The notes under the pieces were generated by a model, which searched no databases, was not told the origin of the DNA, and worked only from the letters and a program-made list of their open reading frames with translations. A DNA stretch of 64,000 nucleotides, from NCBI GenBank assembly GCA_951406725.2, contig OX597815.1, positions 139,004,001-139,068,000 on the forward strand, given 5' to 3'. The stretch comes from Octopus vulgaris (taxonomy: Eukaryota). Shown in pieces: positions 39,530-52,780 of the stretch (its first letter is position 1; every line of letters starts with the position of its first letter). The position numbers and the translations under genes are program-made.

Positions 39530-42500
39530 CTATGGCCTTAATACTTTGTAGAGTTGAAATTAAGGTCGTTGCCTCCCAAACAAAACGGATTTAGTTATAT
39601 CAAAATAAAACGTAAATGGTTTCAGCATTATAAATTAAAAATTATAGAAGTGCTCAAGTATCATAATTATTCGTGTTACCGTCGAATACGGTCATAATCT
39701 AGATTACGTAGATTCTGCTGCAGGGGGCATAAAGATAATTTGGGATAATTGGCAAGCTTAAGTGTAAATTGGATATATACTCAAGCTAAATATAAAGATG
39801 AAGAAAAAGAAACCCGACAAGATAGCTCGGAATGGAAGCGTGATGAGCAAATACAAAGAAATAGAAGAGGAGAGTGTGTAATGCATAATATCAGAGTAAA
39901 ACTAAATAAAATAACTAAAGGAAGGAAGATTAAAATTTATATACATTCACCTGATTAACATTTAAATGTACTGCTAGAAGAACCAGGTAATCATTTCTAA
40001 ACCGTTTTTGTTTACTATTCGTATTTACTGAATATAAGGTCATTGGTGTGCGGGTGCGCGCGCAGTACCTGTCTGTATGTATATATTTATATACATTTGT
40101 ATGTGTGTGTGCATATGTATGTATGTGTCTGCATGACGTTTTGTTGGTTCTCATATCACTCACAACGTACCTTAGCAGTTTGGCAAAAGTTATCCGATTA
40201 AATAAGAACCACACTTAAAACAATTTTCACTAAATACTTCAAGGTGTTTCTACACGATTGCATCTCTCTCATATCAAATGAAACAAGTAAATGAGTATAT
40301 GTATGTTGATATCGGGTTAGCGATTTTTATCGAATTTCAAAATGGTCAAAATGTGAATAATATGACATTAAATGAAATTCCTGTTAAGTTTTAATAAAAT
40401 AATACAAAGACCATTAAATTAAAATCAACTACAATTTTCATGACTCACATATAATTTCATCAGCTATGGACATTTACATATTATGAGGAGAAAAGCTATC
40501 AAGATTAGTCTTTTGATAGCTTTTGAGATGAAGGGCTATCGAGATTCTTACCCTCTTCCTTTTAGAAGATCACTAAGGTATCTAGTGCTGATGATAAAGA
40601 GAGCAGCACAGTTCGGTGAGCTAACGCTGAACCCACTGGACTTTTAAGTGTTGACCTTTCTATTCTGCCTACATTTTGTTTTTAGCTATTTTAAAAGTAT
40701 ATCTTGCAAGCTGATCTAATGCATATATTTTGGTTTTTCTTCAATTAGGTTATCTTATAGCATATAAATATGCTTTATTACTTGTTCATTTATAAAAAGG
40801 TATTGCTCTAGACATGTTAGCTGTTCGTCTTTTAACTGAATTAATCGATCAAAAGAATATGTTTTTCTGCTCATGTTCTTTGTCATCATTTCTCTATTCT
40901 CCGTTAGCGTTTTACAGCTTACTTATAACCACCTGCACAATGTTTTAGCCAGTATAATGATGAGAGTAGCTATATCGGCACTTACGTTTACCAATACATT
41001 TCCCAATATCATCTTCATTCAAACTGGATTGAATGTTTTTTGCATGAGGATTAGCTAGATAACGATCTTAAGGGAGCGGATTATATATATATCCTGTTTC
41101 TTCTTCAAAGTCCTAAATCCTGTAAAGTCATTTTGAATGTTTTCATCAGCAGGAGCTTCAACCATCGATCATCGCTAAAATTTATGCTATACATTTGTAG
41201 ATATTTATGCAGACTACTAAACATTGTCAACACAGGAAGTCGTATTAAATTACTTTAGAAACTCACGTACTTATCTGCGAGGTAGAGCCATACACAATAT
41301 GTGCTTTATAAAATGGGTCTGATACTGAGATTTTAAAAGAAAGTATCATGTCGATTTCTTTTTTTTATTTTGGTGGTGAAGGTCAATTAATGATGTGCAG
41401 TTAGGAGGAGATAAGTGCTTAAAGCATTTTTGCAAGAGTTTTATTTTAGAATGTGTGTAACAATTATTACAGTTGAGACTCAGGCCAACAAAGCTCATTA
41501 TTGGACAAGAAAATAACTTTCAAAGGATTCCAATATAACTTGGTGAATTCATTAACACATTTAGCAGCTGTATCGTTATCCACTGAACATTTTTCGTCTA
41601 CATATTTCATAGAACATAAAACCATATGTGCTGCCTACCTTTACAATAACTTCGCTCATTATCTAGGCCAAATGCTTTATGAAACGTTTTTAGTTTGTTC
41701 CTTTCTTAGGTCTCCTCACTACACCTTCACTTAGTCGTATCTTTAACCATTTCCTTAGAATTATCTACATTAGAGTTTTCCTCCTCTTTCTTTATTTTTC
41801 TCATAACTTTACTCTTATTAGTAAAAAGTAACTCTGTTTTTTTCCTTAATGTGATAACTCACAAGGACTTTTTATGTGATAACTTACAAGGACTTTTCAA
41901 AACTTTAAGCTTATCTATAATGAATCATGTTCAGGATTTGCATTTTACATAGCGAGATGTGGACAGGTATAATAATATACGGAAAACAGTGGGTAAACCT
42001 GCCTGTTCTTGTATATAATGCGCACAATATGTTATACAGCAGTAGCACACAATAATAGTTTCAGTAAAATGGCGACATTTTCTTTTGTGGCTTTAGCCAC
42101 TCTAGTTCATGCTGAATGAAAACTATACTAATAGTTGTATGGAAAACTTTGTTCGTTTTGTATGCATTGAATATGAACAATATTTAAAACCATCAGCGGA
42201 CAAGTAAATATATTTACCTTTTCCTTGTTTACAGCTGTGTGTGTTATTGTATTTCTTACATTTAAATACTTTAAAAGCAAGATCTTTAAAGATATTGTTG
42301 TCAATCTTCGTTACTAAAGTCCGGTACTTCATCGTCATATACAGCAACTTCTGTTACAACATTCTAGCATTCTGGGTATTTACAAAGTTCTTTGCCTTGA
42401 ATTCCTTCACTACACCGTGATGTATATGAAGCTATTTGCACTTCAAAATTAAATTCGGTACAAACCTGTAAACACATATGTTGCAACTGTATTAACTGAG

Positions 42501-43157
42501 TTCAGAAAATTTACCTAGATCTGGTTCATCCAGTTAATTAGAATATCCTTGAAACCATCATTTTCCTCCAACTAGCGTTTCATCTTATTAGGCAAGGGGA
42601 TTGCTGGTATTTGTAAATTATAAGACAGATGCATTTCGCCATTGTTTCAATGGTGAAATACACATGCTACATAACCAGCACACATTATGTTCTCCCGTAA
42701 GAAGGTCTTGTTTAGTAGTGACTCTCCAGGGTGTGTACCACGTCAGAGGATGTCATTTCTAGCGACATTCGAAAGATATGCTTTTCCCTACCATGCACAT
42801 GTCATAGAAACCGCACCAAGCAAGAAATTAGGTTGTTATAATGGGCGAAAGACGGTAGAAGCTTTTAAAAACAATGCACACAGCGCTCATATATAATCAT
42901 TAATTGGGAAAGCTTCTTACTTTTTCCAATCTGAATCTTCTTACAGAAGCAATGTCGGTGAATGGATGGAATCAAACTTTGACTACAATGAGACTTGATG
43001 TTATAAGGCACCAAGTCCATTTTCAAAACTTGTATGGGAGAGAAGAAATACACTGAACTTTTGATGATGATATCAGTCACTATTGACTTTATAACATTTA
43101 GTGGAACTGATGTGCATGTTGATGTTGTTCAATGACAAAGATGCTCTTGAGCAAAAT

Positions 43158-43170
43158 ACTACTGCTACTA

Positions 43171-43247
<77 letters not shown>

Positions 43248-43518
43248 ACTACTACTACTGCTACTACTACTACTAATAATAATGCTGCTGCTCCTCATCC
43301 TACTACTACTAATGTTGCTGCTGCTCTTACTACTACTACTGCTACTACTACTAATAATAATAATGCTGCTGCTCCTCCTCCTACTACTACTAATGCTGCT
43401 GCTGTTCTTACTACTACTACTACTACTGCTGATGCACCTCCTCCTACTACTACTAATGTTGCTGCTGCTCTTACTACTACTACTTCTACTACTGCTACTG
43501 CTACTACTACTACTACTG

Positions 43519-43559
<41 letters not shown>

Positions 43560-43584
43560 GCTACTACTACTACTACTACTACTG

Positions 43585-43616
<32 letters not shown>

Positions 43617-43617
43617 G

Positions 43618-43687
<70 letters not shown>
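43158..43687. repeat. ~530-bp (CTA)n/(CTG)n compound triplet repeat with higher-order units
   Basis: Direct reading. Recurrent ctactactactaatg(t/c)tgctgctg(c/t)tcttacta blocks at ~43281, 43381 and 43444. Confidence 0.95.
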
Positions 43688-46600
43688 GTGCATGCTTAAA
43701 TTTAAGTAACCGACAGTCATCATACAATGTTGACGCACTACCGAAACAATACAGCAGTATCCGAATGACTTGGTTACATTATTGTTTTTGCAAACAAAAA
43801 TATGTACATAAACAGTAAGTACATATTTAACAAAACAAAGTATTCGTTATAAGCGTATAAATTATGTTTTTGTACCCAGCTGGATTTGAAGATTTTCTCT
43901 TTTCATTTTGAAGCTCCAGTAGCAACAATAGCAATAGCCAATGCTGGCGCGCGTTGGCAGATCCTCAATATATGTTTCCACTTTACGAAAATAATTTCTC
44001 ATCTGCGTTGCGGTCTCAGTGTCAGTTTCACTCTCCTTGTAATCGAAATTCAATTGCGTTGTGAGCAAATAGTTTCCAGACGTCAAACTCTAATGCAATA
44101 AAGCTGAATTGTGCTGGAAGAACAACGTACATTGCGCGAAAATTTCGGGGAATACTTTATCTACAGACGCATGTCGGTCTTCATTACGATAGTCCTAATT
44201 TGTTAATTGCTTTATCGTAATCTAGTGATGATGTTGCTGATTGGTTACAAGTTATACGAAAATATGGAAACCTAGAAATTAAGAAAATCTTTGTGTTTTT
44301 TCCATAGATTAATATACAATCTTTGTCGATAAGGAAAAAGATCATTTTTAGAACATATATACTAATTCAGAAGATACATAAATTACTTTGTTCTCAAGTC
44401 ATTATCCCGTAACAACAACATTGGAGCATAAAGCGATCTAAATGTATTTAGATAAATCCCTTTGCAGTCTGAGTTCAAATCATTTTGATAGCATCTTTAC
44501 TTTTTTATTATTCTAAATTCCATAGTAAAAGAAATCGACAAATATTGATGGTTAGTAGACTTCATCTGTGGTTTCATAGTGATGTAAGAAATCAATATTC
44601 AATCTATTCTCATGACCTGCATAATGTAGTATCGGCATTAGAAAATGAAGCAAAGATTTATATTCAATCCATTAATGTTAGAAGAGGTCAATTTTTATGT
44701 GTTGATATTGGTAAAATATGTTTTAGTATAATTATTTCACTTTCAGTGTAATTATTTTAAAATAATGAAAGGAGTAAATGCTGTTATGATAGAAGAGTTA
44801 CCTCAACAGTAATAACTACTTTATTACTGAATTATTCTGTCTGCCAATTTGATTAGTCACAAGACAGTAAATATTAACGATAACTGCCTCAAGAAAAGTA
44901 ACTGAAATCAAAGAAATATTTGCTTCAATGGAAACAACCTTTACGAGATGGAAAGGTCATTGCATTAATCTAAAGTATGTACTTTGTAGATATAATACCT
45001 CTCACAACACTAAAACGTTTTCTAGAATGTAAAGTCTACATAGATGAAAAGACATGTCTAATAAAGTATTCGTTCTTGTTATGCCACAATGCAGTTCACG
45101 TTTTCTTCATACAAAACATGAGCAAATTTTCACCTGGAATTATACTTTCTTCAACTGCTAGCATATATGTTTGTGTCAGAAAAATGCGTTATCTAATTTT
45201 TCCAGAGAAATAGCTGATATCCTTATTATATTGACAGATTGTATAGAATATCGCAACTAGCTCATTAAGTCACACGGAAGCTAGTGATGTCGACACTTTA
45301 ATTACCTGACGTCATTTCAAAAACTATTATATATAATATATTTTCTAAAACTAATATAAATTTCTTGATACCTTTGGATATTTAATAAATCGTCACCAAC
45401 ATCCGCCATAAAACCATTATAAATCGTTTCTATATTAATATTGATAACATCCTGACATGTGATGAATGAAATACATTTCGTTAATATTTAATACCTTGAA
45501 ATTAACATCTTCACGCAATATAATAACCTAACCTCACTCTTTTCATACACTCTGCAGAAGAAATATTCTTCGTTTGCTATTTATATGAAGAAATCTTCTG
45601 TTATGAAGTATCTTCTGTTAGTCGTCAGGTGATGAAGCCTTAGAAATTATAAACAATACAGCAAAAATATTAATGAAATTGCAATCTTGCTATTTAACAA
45701 AGCGAGAACATAAAAACTATGTAACCAAACAAAATTCACTCGCAATAATGACAGGATGAATAATAAGATAACATAATATACTCGATTACCTAAAAACCTA
45801 AGCACTTCAGTTTTGACCGACATCAACTTCTGACTAAGCTCACATCTGTGGGTATTTTGATCTTCCTGCTCAACAGTAAAATGTTGACATATTAAATACT
45901 TGTAGACATTAACATGCAATATCTATAGACGCCTCCCTTCGGTATCAGAACTACGCAAATAAATATTCTTCATCAAAACAATACAGGCACACTGGATCCA
46001 TATTATACAGACATCAGTTAATATAAATCCGATATGGGCTGCACAGGTCTGATTAATATATCACTTGTAGAAACTTTTACGTTTACCTACCTAATGGTCA
46101 ACGCCTTGCAGAAGGATCGGCGAAGTAGTTTAAAAATAAGTCCACTTCGAAGAATAATAACCTCAACCCGTCATGAGTACGAGATATAGGTAGTTGCTGT
46201 TCTCTCTGAATCTAACAATCCATACCCACTAATGCATATGACACACACAGACAAGCATACACACATACACAGACATGCACACACACACACACATGCACAT
46301 ACACACGCACACACACAAATAAACGAGGACACAAACCCACGAACACATAAGGATAGACGTCTTGGAAGAACAGAATGGAGCAAGTGGAGCAAGAACACGC
46401 ACGAAAACAAAATGTGTCGCTGAGAAGGGCACAAGATGTGTGACGGAAAATTTTCCGGACAATACATATGAGTTAAAATAATAAAAAAAGAACAGTAATA
46501 AACGAGTGAAGAAAAAATATAGTGCGTGTATTTATTTGGCAAAGAAATGATCATCCCGAAATACAATAATGTCTGGTTCAACACATGATTTCACATCAGG

Positions 46601-46698
46601 AATCTTGCAAAACGAATTAATAAACACACACAAACACACACACATACACACACACGCACACATATTTATTAAATGGATCTATCTGTCTGTCTATCTAT

Positions 46699-46781
<83 letters not shown>

Positions 46782-46849
46782 TTACTCATACAATTTTGCG
46801 TCAAAGGTTTATTCATATTCCAAGCTTAACTTAATAGTTCAAACAAATT

Positions 46850-47150
46850 GATTTCGAGAAGCGTTTATTCATCAAAATACATTCAATCATACTCTATTAT
46901 CTATAGCAGTCGTTGTGTCACAAGCTTAATCACATGCTTCTACCATTTGATTAGTTAAAAATACTCAGCACCCAATTTCAACCTCATCCATATTGTTCAC
47001 CCTCCGTCCGTGCATGAAATGAGCCATACATCGGAGAAGGTGGTAATGTTATATTGCAAAGTCAAGACCGTGGACGAGGTGAAGCAGTACTTACAACCAC
47101 ACAGATTCCTCAAGTTTGCGCTTGGTCGCTTTGGCACTGTCCTGGGTCAT
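46850..47150 (-). pseudogene. Mariner transposase C-terminal fragment
   Basis: Minus-strand AKATKRKLEE…DFAI*HYHLLRCMAHFMHGRRVNNMDEVEIGC resembles the mariner DLAPSDYHLFRSMAHFL region. Confidence 0.7.
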
Positions 47151-48749
47151 TGCTATGTTGTAAATGCGCATCTTCGACTAACTAATGGTAAATATCGGGT
47201 ACTCAAATCATCATATATTCACACCTTATAAATTGTATCTGTCTATTTATTCTTCCATATGCATACCCAACAACGAGTGTGTATATATGTGCCTACATAC
47301 ATCTATATTTTCTTGTTGCCATACTTCAGGGATATACAAACTCATTCCAATGGTTACATATATACTAGTTTTATATAGGTGGTGTAGAATGTACATATAT
47401 AAATATATATGGCAGCAATAGCTCCGTTTCAGAGCTCTCTGTTCATGGAATCAGTACTAGTTTTGCGTGCGATATCAAGGTTGCAAGTGGATGATACATG
47501 AAGGACCAAATGAGACAAAACCAATGGGAAAAACTAGCGCACATAAGATGATAGACAGGAAGAGTTCTGAAAAGCTATGCCATAATGGTGACATCTGATA
47601 TAAATCAAACTTTCCATGTGATATCTAGAACAATATGATGTGCATTTTCGCCAAGGAGATTTGCATGTTGTACAAGGTCGGAAGATTATGTAATATTGAG
47701 GTTGACAACATTTCTTTCGTACCTTTCCAACACAATATGCAATCGATGCATGCTATAAGAAACTAGATAACAAGAGGCGGGGGCTTTCGTGTAACTAAGA
47801 CCGTTCAGGCGGCCATTAATGATGGATAGAGATTGAAAGATTTGAAGGAGATCAATGTTGATGGTTATTTTATTAACTTATAGATTTTACCCGTGAGTGT
47901 TTCAGATGAATAGTTGATATGATTAGGGCCGTTTTCTTTCTTTGGAATCGGACATAATGTAGCGACATTTCAAATATAAGTGTAGATCCATGATGAGTTT
48001 GAGGAAGTTGCATATCAAAGGGGCTAGCTTTGTAGCATATTGTTAGAAGGTAATACAAGGGACATTGTCAGAAACGACGTAGTTCTATGTGAGGCTCGGA
48101 AGCATTTAAGCTCATACATGTATAGAAGGATCTGGTAAAAAAAATGCGATACATTTAAAAGTGTGAACAGCGTAAAGTTGACTGCATGGTGTAGATGAAA
48201 GTTATAGTTATCTTCATTGGGCTACTATTCGCAGAATCATCCTTTTTGTGACTTGAATGGAAGAAGAAACTGCAAAGAGTTATCTACTGCTGTATCGAAT
48301 GCAGGATACCACGGAATCTAAACAATGCATTTTCTTTCTGGTGGCTGTATTATTCTTATGGTTACTATAAGGTCCCAGCAGCAGGCGGGCTGCTGAGAAA
48401 CACGACCAGTTTTTGTGGGTGAGTGAGTTAGCTAGGCATTGTAAACTTTGTAACTTTTTCCTGAACAGCTTCAACGCAACTGTGAATGATATGTATCATC
48501 GAATTTGGATATTTCTCTTTGGTGTGAGTGGGCCATGGTGGGAGAGGCTTAAAATAATTCTTACCGCCTTTTGCCTAGCTCTCTCGAATGGGTCACAAGT
48601 AAAGCTCGTAAGATTCTAAAGGTATAAGTCTAGACGTAGCGAATCCCTAACTCATCGACTAGCTTGAAGGGTCACAGCTTGCATGTCTGCTACAAGGATA
48701 GTGTTGTATAGTTTAGTATCTCGATAGGTGCTGAGATGCTTAATATATA

Positions 48750-50015
48750 CAGGGGTTGGACAAAATAATGGAAATACCTAGCAGCAGAGCATCACAATTT
48801 TGAAATATCTATAAAACCGTCAAAAGCTTGTTTATTTTAATGGGATTTTTTAATTTATTATTAGTGCTGTTTAATATGTTTTGTTAAAATTGCTGTTGCT
48901 ATTCAGATATCATCAGAAAAAGGTAATTATAATTCATTAAAATGACATCTATAGGACTTTCAAAACGATCAAATTATTGGTGCTCGTATGGCAGGCGCTA
49001 GCATAACGAAAACAACCGAAATGTTTGGTATATCAAGAAGTGCTGTCTCGAAAGTAATAATAGCCTTCGAGAAAATGGGAAAAACCTCCTCGTCGAAAGA
49101 AAACACCGGAAGAAATTTAAACTTTCAGATAGGGACAGTCGGACTCTTAATGTTAGAATTGTTAGAAAGCATCGCAAAAATACAGCTCACCAAATTACAG
49201 CAGATCTTAATGACCACCTCGTGAATTCGGTTTTCACATAAACTCTTCGCCGAAAGCTGCACAAAGCTGGATTTTACGGGAGGGCTGCAATCGGAAAACC
49301 ACTACTTTCAAGCCCAAACGTTGCAAAGCGTTTAGAGTGGAGTAAAAACCTACAGAATTGGTCCCTAGAGCAGTGGAAGAATGTTATTTTCTCGGACGAG
49401 TCATCGTTTACCTTATTTCCAACCACCGGCCGAGACATATAAAAAAAAGCATTTGAACCAGACTGCCTTCCTGCAACTGCTAAATATAGAGGAAGATCTG
49501 TAATGATCTGGGGAGCTATATCTGGGAAATCCGCCGGCCCAATAGCTTTCCTTCTTGGCAGAATTAATAGTCAAGACTATTTAAGCATTTTATCAGATCA
49601 AATTTATCCTATGGCTGTGGAACTGTTTCCGGAGGGAAACGCAATCTTTCAGGATGTTAATGTACGAATTCACGTAGCTAAAGTTGCTACTGAATGGCAC
49701 GAGGAACATTGTAGTGAAGTTAAACATCTTATCTAGCCACCACAGTCCCCAGATCTCAATATTATTGAACATTTTATGGTGCATTTTATAAAAAACAAGT
49801 AAGGAGTCTATATTCACCAGCATCATCACTACAAGAACCGGGGATCGTTTTAGGTGAAGAATGGACACAAATTCCGTTGGAAACAATTCAAACCTTGTAC
49901 GAGTTCATACATCGTAGAATTCAAGCTGTAATTACTGACAAAGGCGCTCCTACTCCATATTAAAAAATATTTGTTTGAAATTTTAAGGTGTTTCCGTTAT
50001 TTTGTCTAACCCCTG
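48750..50015 (+). mobile_element. Tc1-like DNA transposon with DD36E spacing, decayed
   Basis: TIRs caggggttggacaaaataatggaaatacct / aggtgtttccgttattttgtctaacccctg flanked by TA. Motifs WKNVIFSDESSFTLF, MIWGAIS and FQDVN…PPQSPDLNIIE. Frameshifts and a stop. Confidence 0.93.
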
Positions 50016-50039
50016 TATATATAGTTAGTTAGTTAATTC

Positions 50040-50106
50040 GTTAGATAGATAGATAAAAAGAGAGATAGGTGGGTAGTTATATAAATAGACAGACAGACAG
50101 ACAGAC

Positions 50107-50170
<64 letters not shown>

Positions 50171-50171
50171 G

Positions 50172-50249
<78 letters not shown>

Positions 50250-50281
50250 GAGATAGATATACAAAGAGATAGACAGACAGA
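50040..50281. repeat. (GATA)n/(GACA)n microsatellite
   Basis: Direct reading. Confidence 0.95.
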
Positions 50282-52537
50282 TGAGCATGCGTTTAGGCAC
50301 GGCGAAAATTTCAGTTATGTTTGTGTTAAATTCACTAGTATTTCTATATTATCTTTCTTTGCACCGTTGTACAATGAAAGTTTCGTAATAATAGAGATTA
50401 TGTGCTAGTTTTCGATATCTTCTTTTAAACTTTAATTGGAAAGTCACCCTATTCGAATAAGCAATTACAATAGAGAACACTTAGCATTTACTCACATCGC
50501 ATTATTTCAAATTAAAAGAAAAACAACACCTGATTTCGTAGCCTGCGGACAATTTCGCCAGGATTCCTATTATAGACCAGACCATTTGTTCGATTTGGCC
50601 TTAAGTAAGCACGAAATATAATTGGAGAGAAATTTAAATTGAACATATAAATGTAGCAAAGGATTATGCCTTCAGGGGTCAACATTCACTTGATTTTCCA
50701 TAAAGACTTGAGGTTATCTCCAAGGAGTTAAATGCAGACATAATCAGTTTACAGAAGTGTATATAGAAGTTATTGACCTTTTGACATTCTCTAATTCGGA
50801 CAAAATTTCTGCAAGGAGCTAATCTATTATTGAAATAACATATCAAACAATTACATTAGGTTATACTTAATATGCCAAATCGAATAATCCAAGAGAGTTT
50901 ATGAATCATTGCTAATATAATGAAATGCTACATAAGTAAGACTATCCTATTTTCTTCAATATATATATACTCGTGCAAAATATTTAATAACAATAATTAT
51001 ACAAGCATATTAGAGATTTGGAGTCGATTATTTCTTTTAACCTTAAATTAATTGAATTGCTCAAATCAATAGTTATTATACATCGTGTTACAAATATTAA
51101 AACAATACTTACGCTTCAATCTTTTCTTGAAGTATGGGAAGGTTATTGCTCAATATATTCAAATACTTGTAGAATGTTAGAGATTTATATTAAAATACTT
51201 ACTTATGCAAATAACTAACCGTAATCTGTATTTAACATTTGCTTAACATTATGCATAACTATTATATAAACACTACATTTTTTCCCTGAAATTTAGACAA
51301 TGTACGAACTAGAAAGGTCAGAAACGTACACGTTTTCTTTTTTCGTCTATTTACACTCACGTATTTGTAAATTCATGAAGTCTCCCCTGACAATTAGTAT
51401 AAAGCACATTGCTGCTTCATCAAGGATGGAAGCGACATAAGATTTTTGTTTCGTTCTCGAATGCTGGTATTCATTTTACTGAGATAATTTCAAAGTAGGT
51501 TCTGGAATTGATTCATCTGTTGATGGCAAAGTGCAGAAATCAAGTAGTGTATGTAGATCATAATATCCGTCCAGGGGGAACTTGTGATAGCTTGAATTTG
51601 TTGATCCTAGTGAATTGTCAACATTCCATTTAGCCGTTGGATGCTAATGTTGTAATATAAATCTGGATATTTTGTGGACTGCTGTTGCTGCAGAAACCTA
51701 TCTCTTGTTACGAAAACTTTATATACCTTCAAACATTATGTTTCGTTGTTTGTTTATATTTTTTTTACGTTTGGTTAGATTAATTTTGTCACTTTCCTGA
51801 ACAGTCTGTTGATGGTTTACTGTGTTAGCCGCGAAACCAATCTCTTGAATCTATATCCGTGTTATATCCTTATCTGTCTAAGTATATTACTCTTTAGCAT
51901 TTACATTGCGAGATTTCATCTGAGGATATTGGATGTCTTAACTTGCAACAAAATACACTACCATGCTGATATTTGCTACAATAGCTGAAAGGATCCAGTC
52001 TTCAATCACAGACTTTAAATCTCAGTAGTTATTGGACAGATATCCCATGATCAACTGTCTTACTAGTTTTCTAATTATATCTTTTTTGTTTATTGTATAT
52101 TTTTGCGTGAACTTTTTACCGTTATAACAAGATGCAGAAAAGTAACGACCTTCATTTCAGAGACTTTGGATTCTGAAACCAGTGGGGTAGATATCCTCAC
52201 ATTGGCGGCATGAATTCAATGCTAGTAGAAGAATGAACCATAACCTACGGTCACGTGATATTATAAAACCATGCTATGGGTTAATTCTACCACCAAAACC
52301 ATACAGTCCTACCTGTAAGCGTTCTCGGAGACTTAACCCGCAAAATGTTACACGAAGGTCTTTGAGTGACTTGAGGTAATTTTAGAATATATTTTAACTA
52401 AGGTGCCACGCAAAACCACATAATTCTAAAGAGAACTTATTTATTACACTGCAACATCTGCTCTTCTACGTGACGTAACCAATGTAATTCATCTAACATA
52501 TTTATTTCGGGTGACATTCTACGCTCACCTTTCAATC

Positions 52538-52780
52538 TACTACAATAAATACTCAAAATTTAAGCCTACATAAATATACACTCCCTTAAATTTTACAAAA
52601 TAAACGCTCTCTCTCTCTCCCTCTCTTTGGTCTACAAAATGATACCTACCCTACTTTGAGGCTACTGTAATGTATGCCCCATTTAGGCTACAATAAACTT
52701 GTGCTTATTTCAGGCTACAATAAATACTTCCCCATTTTTTGCAATAATAAATACTCCTCTGTTTTACGCTACAACAATAG
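52538..52780. repeat. Degenerate minisatellite (ggctacaataaatact… core, ~25-30-bp spacing)
   Basis: About eight imperfect recurrences of a ctacaataaa-like core. Confidence 0.6.

Noticed and set aside
40500-43080. Possible decayed transposon or coding region on the minus strand
   Set aside because: Looks formerly coding, but no diagnostic motif or terminal repeat could be identified by eye.
47420-48720. Possible L1/Tx1-like relic (similarly 7700-8270 and 51350-52100)
   Set aside because: Only vague compositional or motif hints, too degenerate to assign without an HMM search.
52538-52780. CRISPR-like repeat-spacer array
   Set aside because: The core is too short and degenerate, spacing is irregular, the context is eukaryotic and there are no cas genes.
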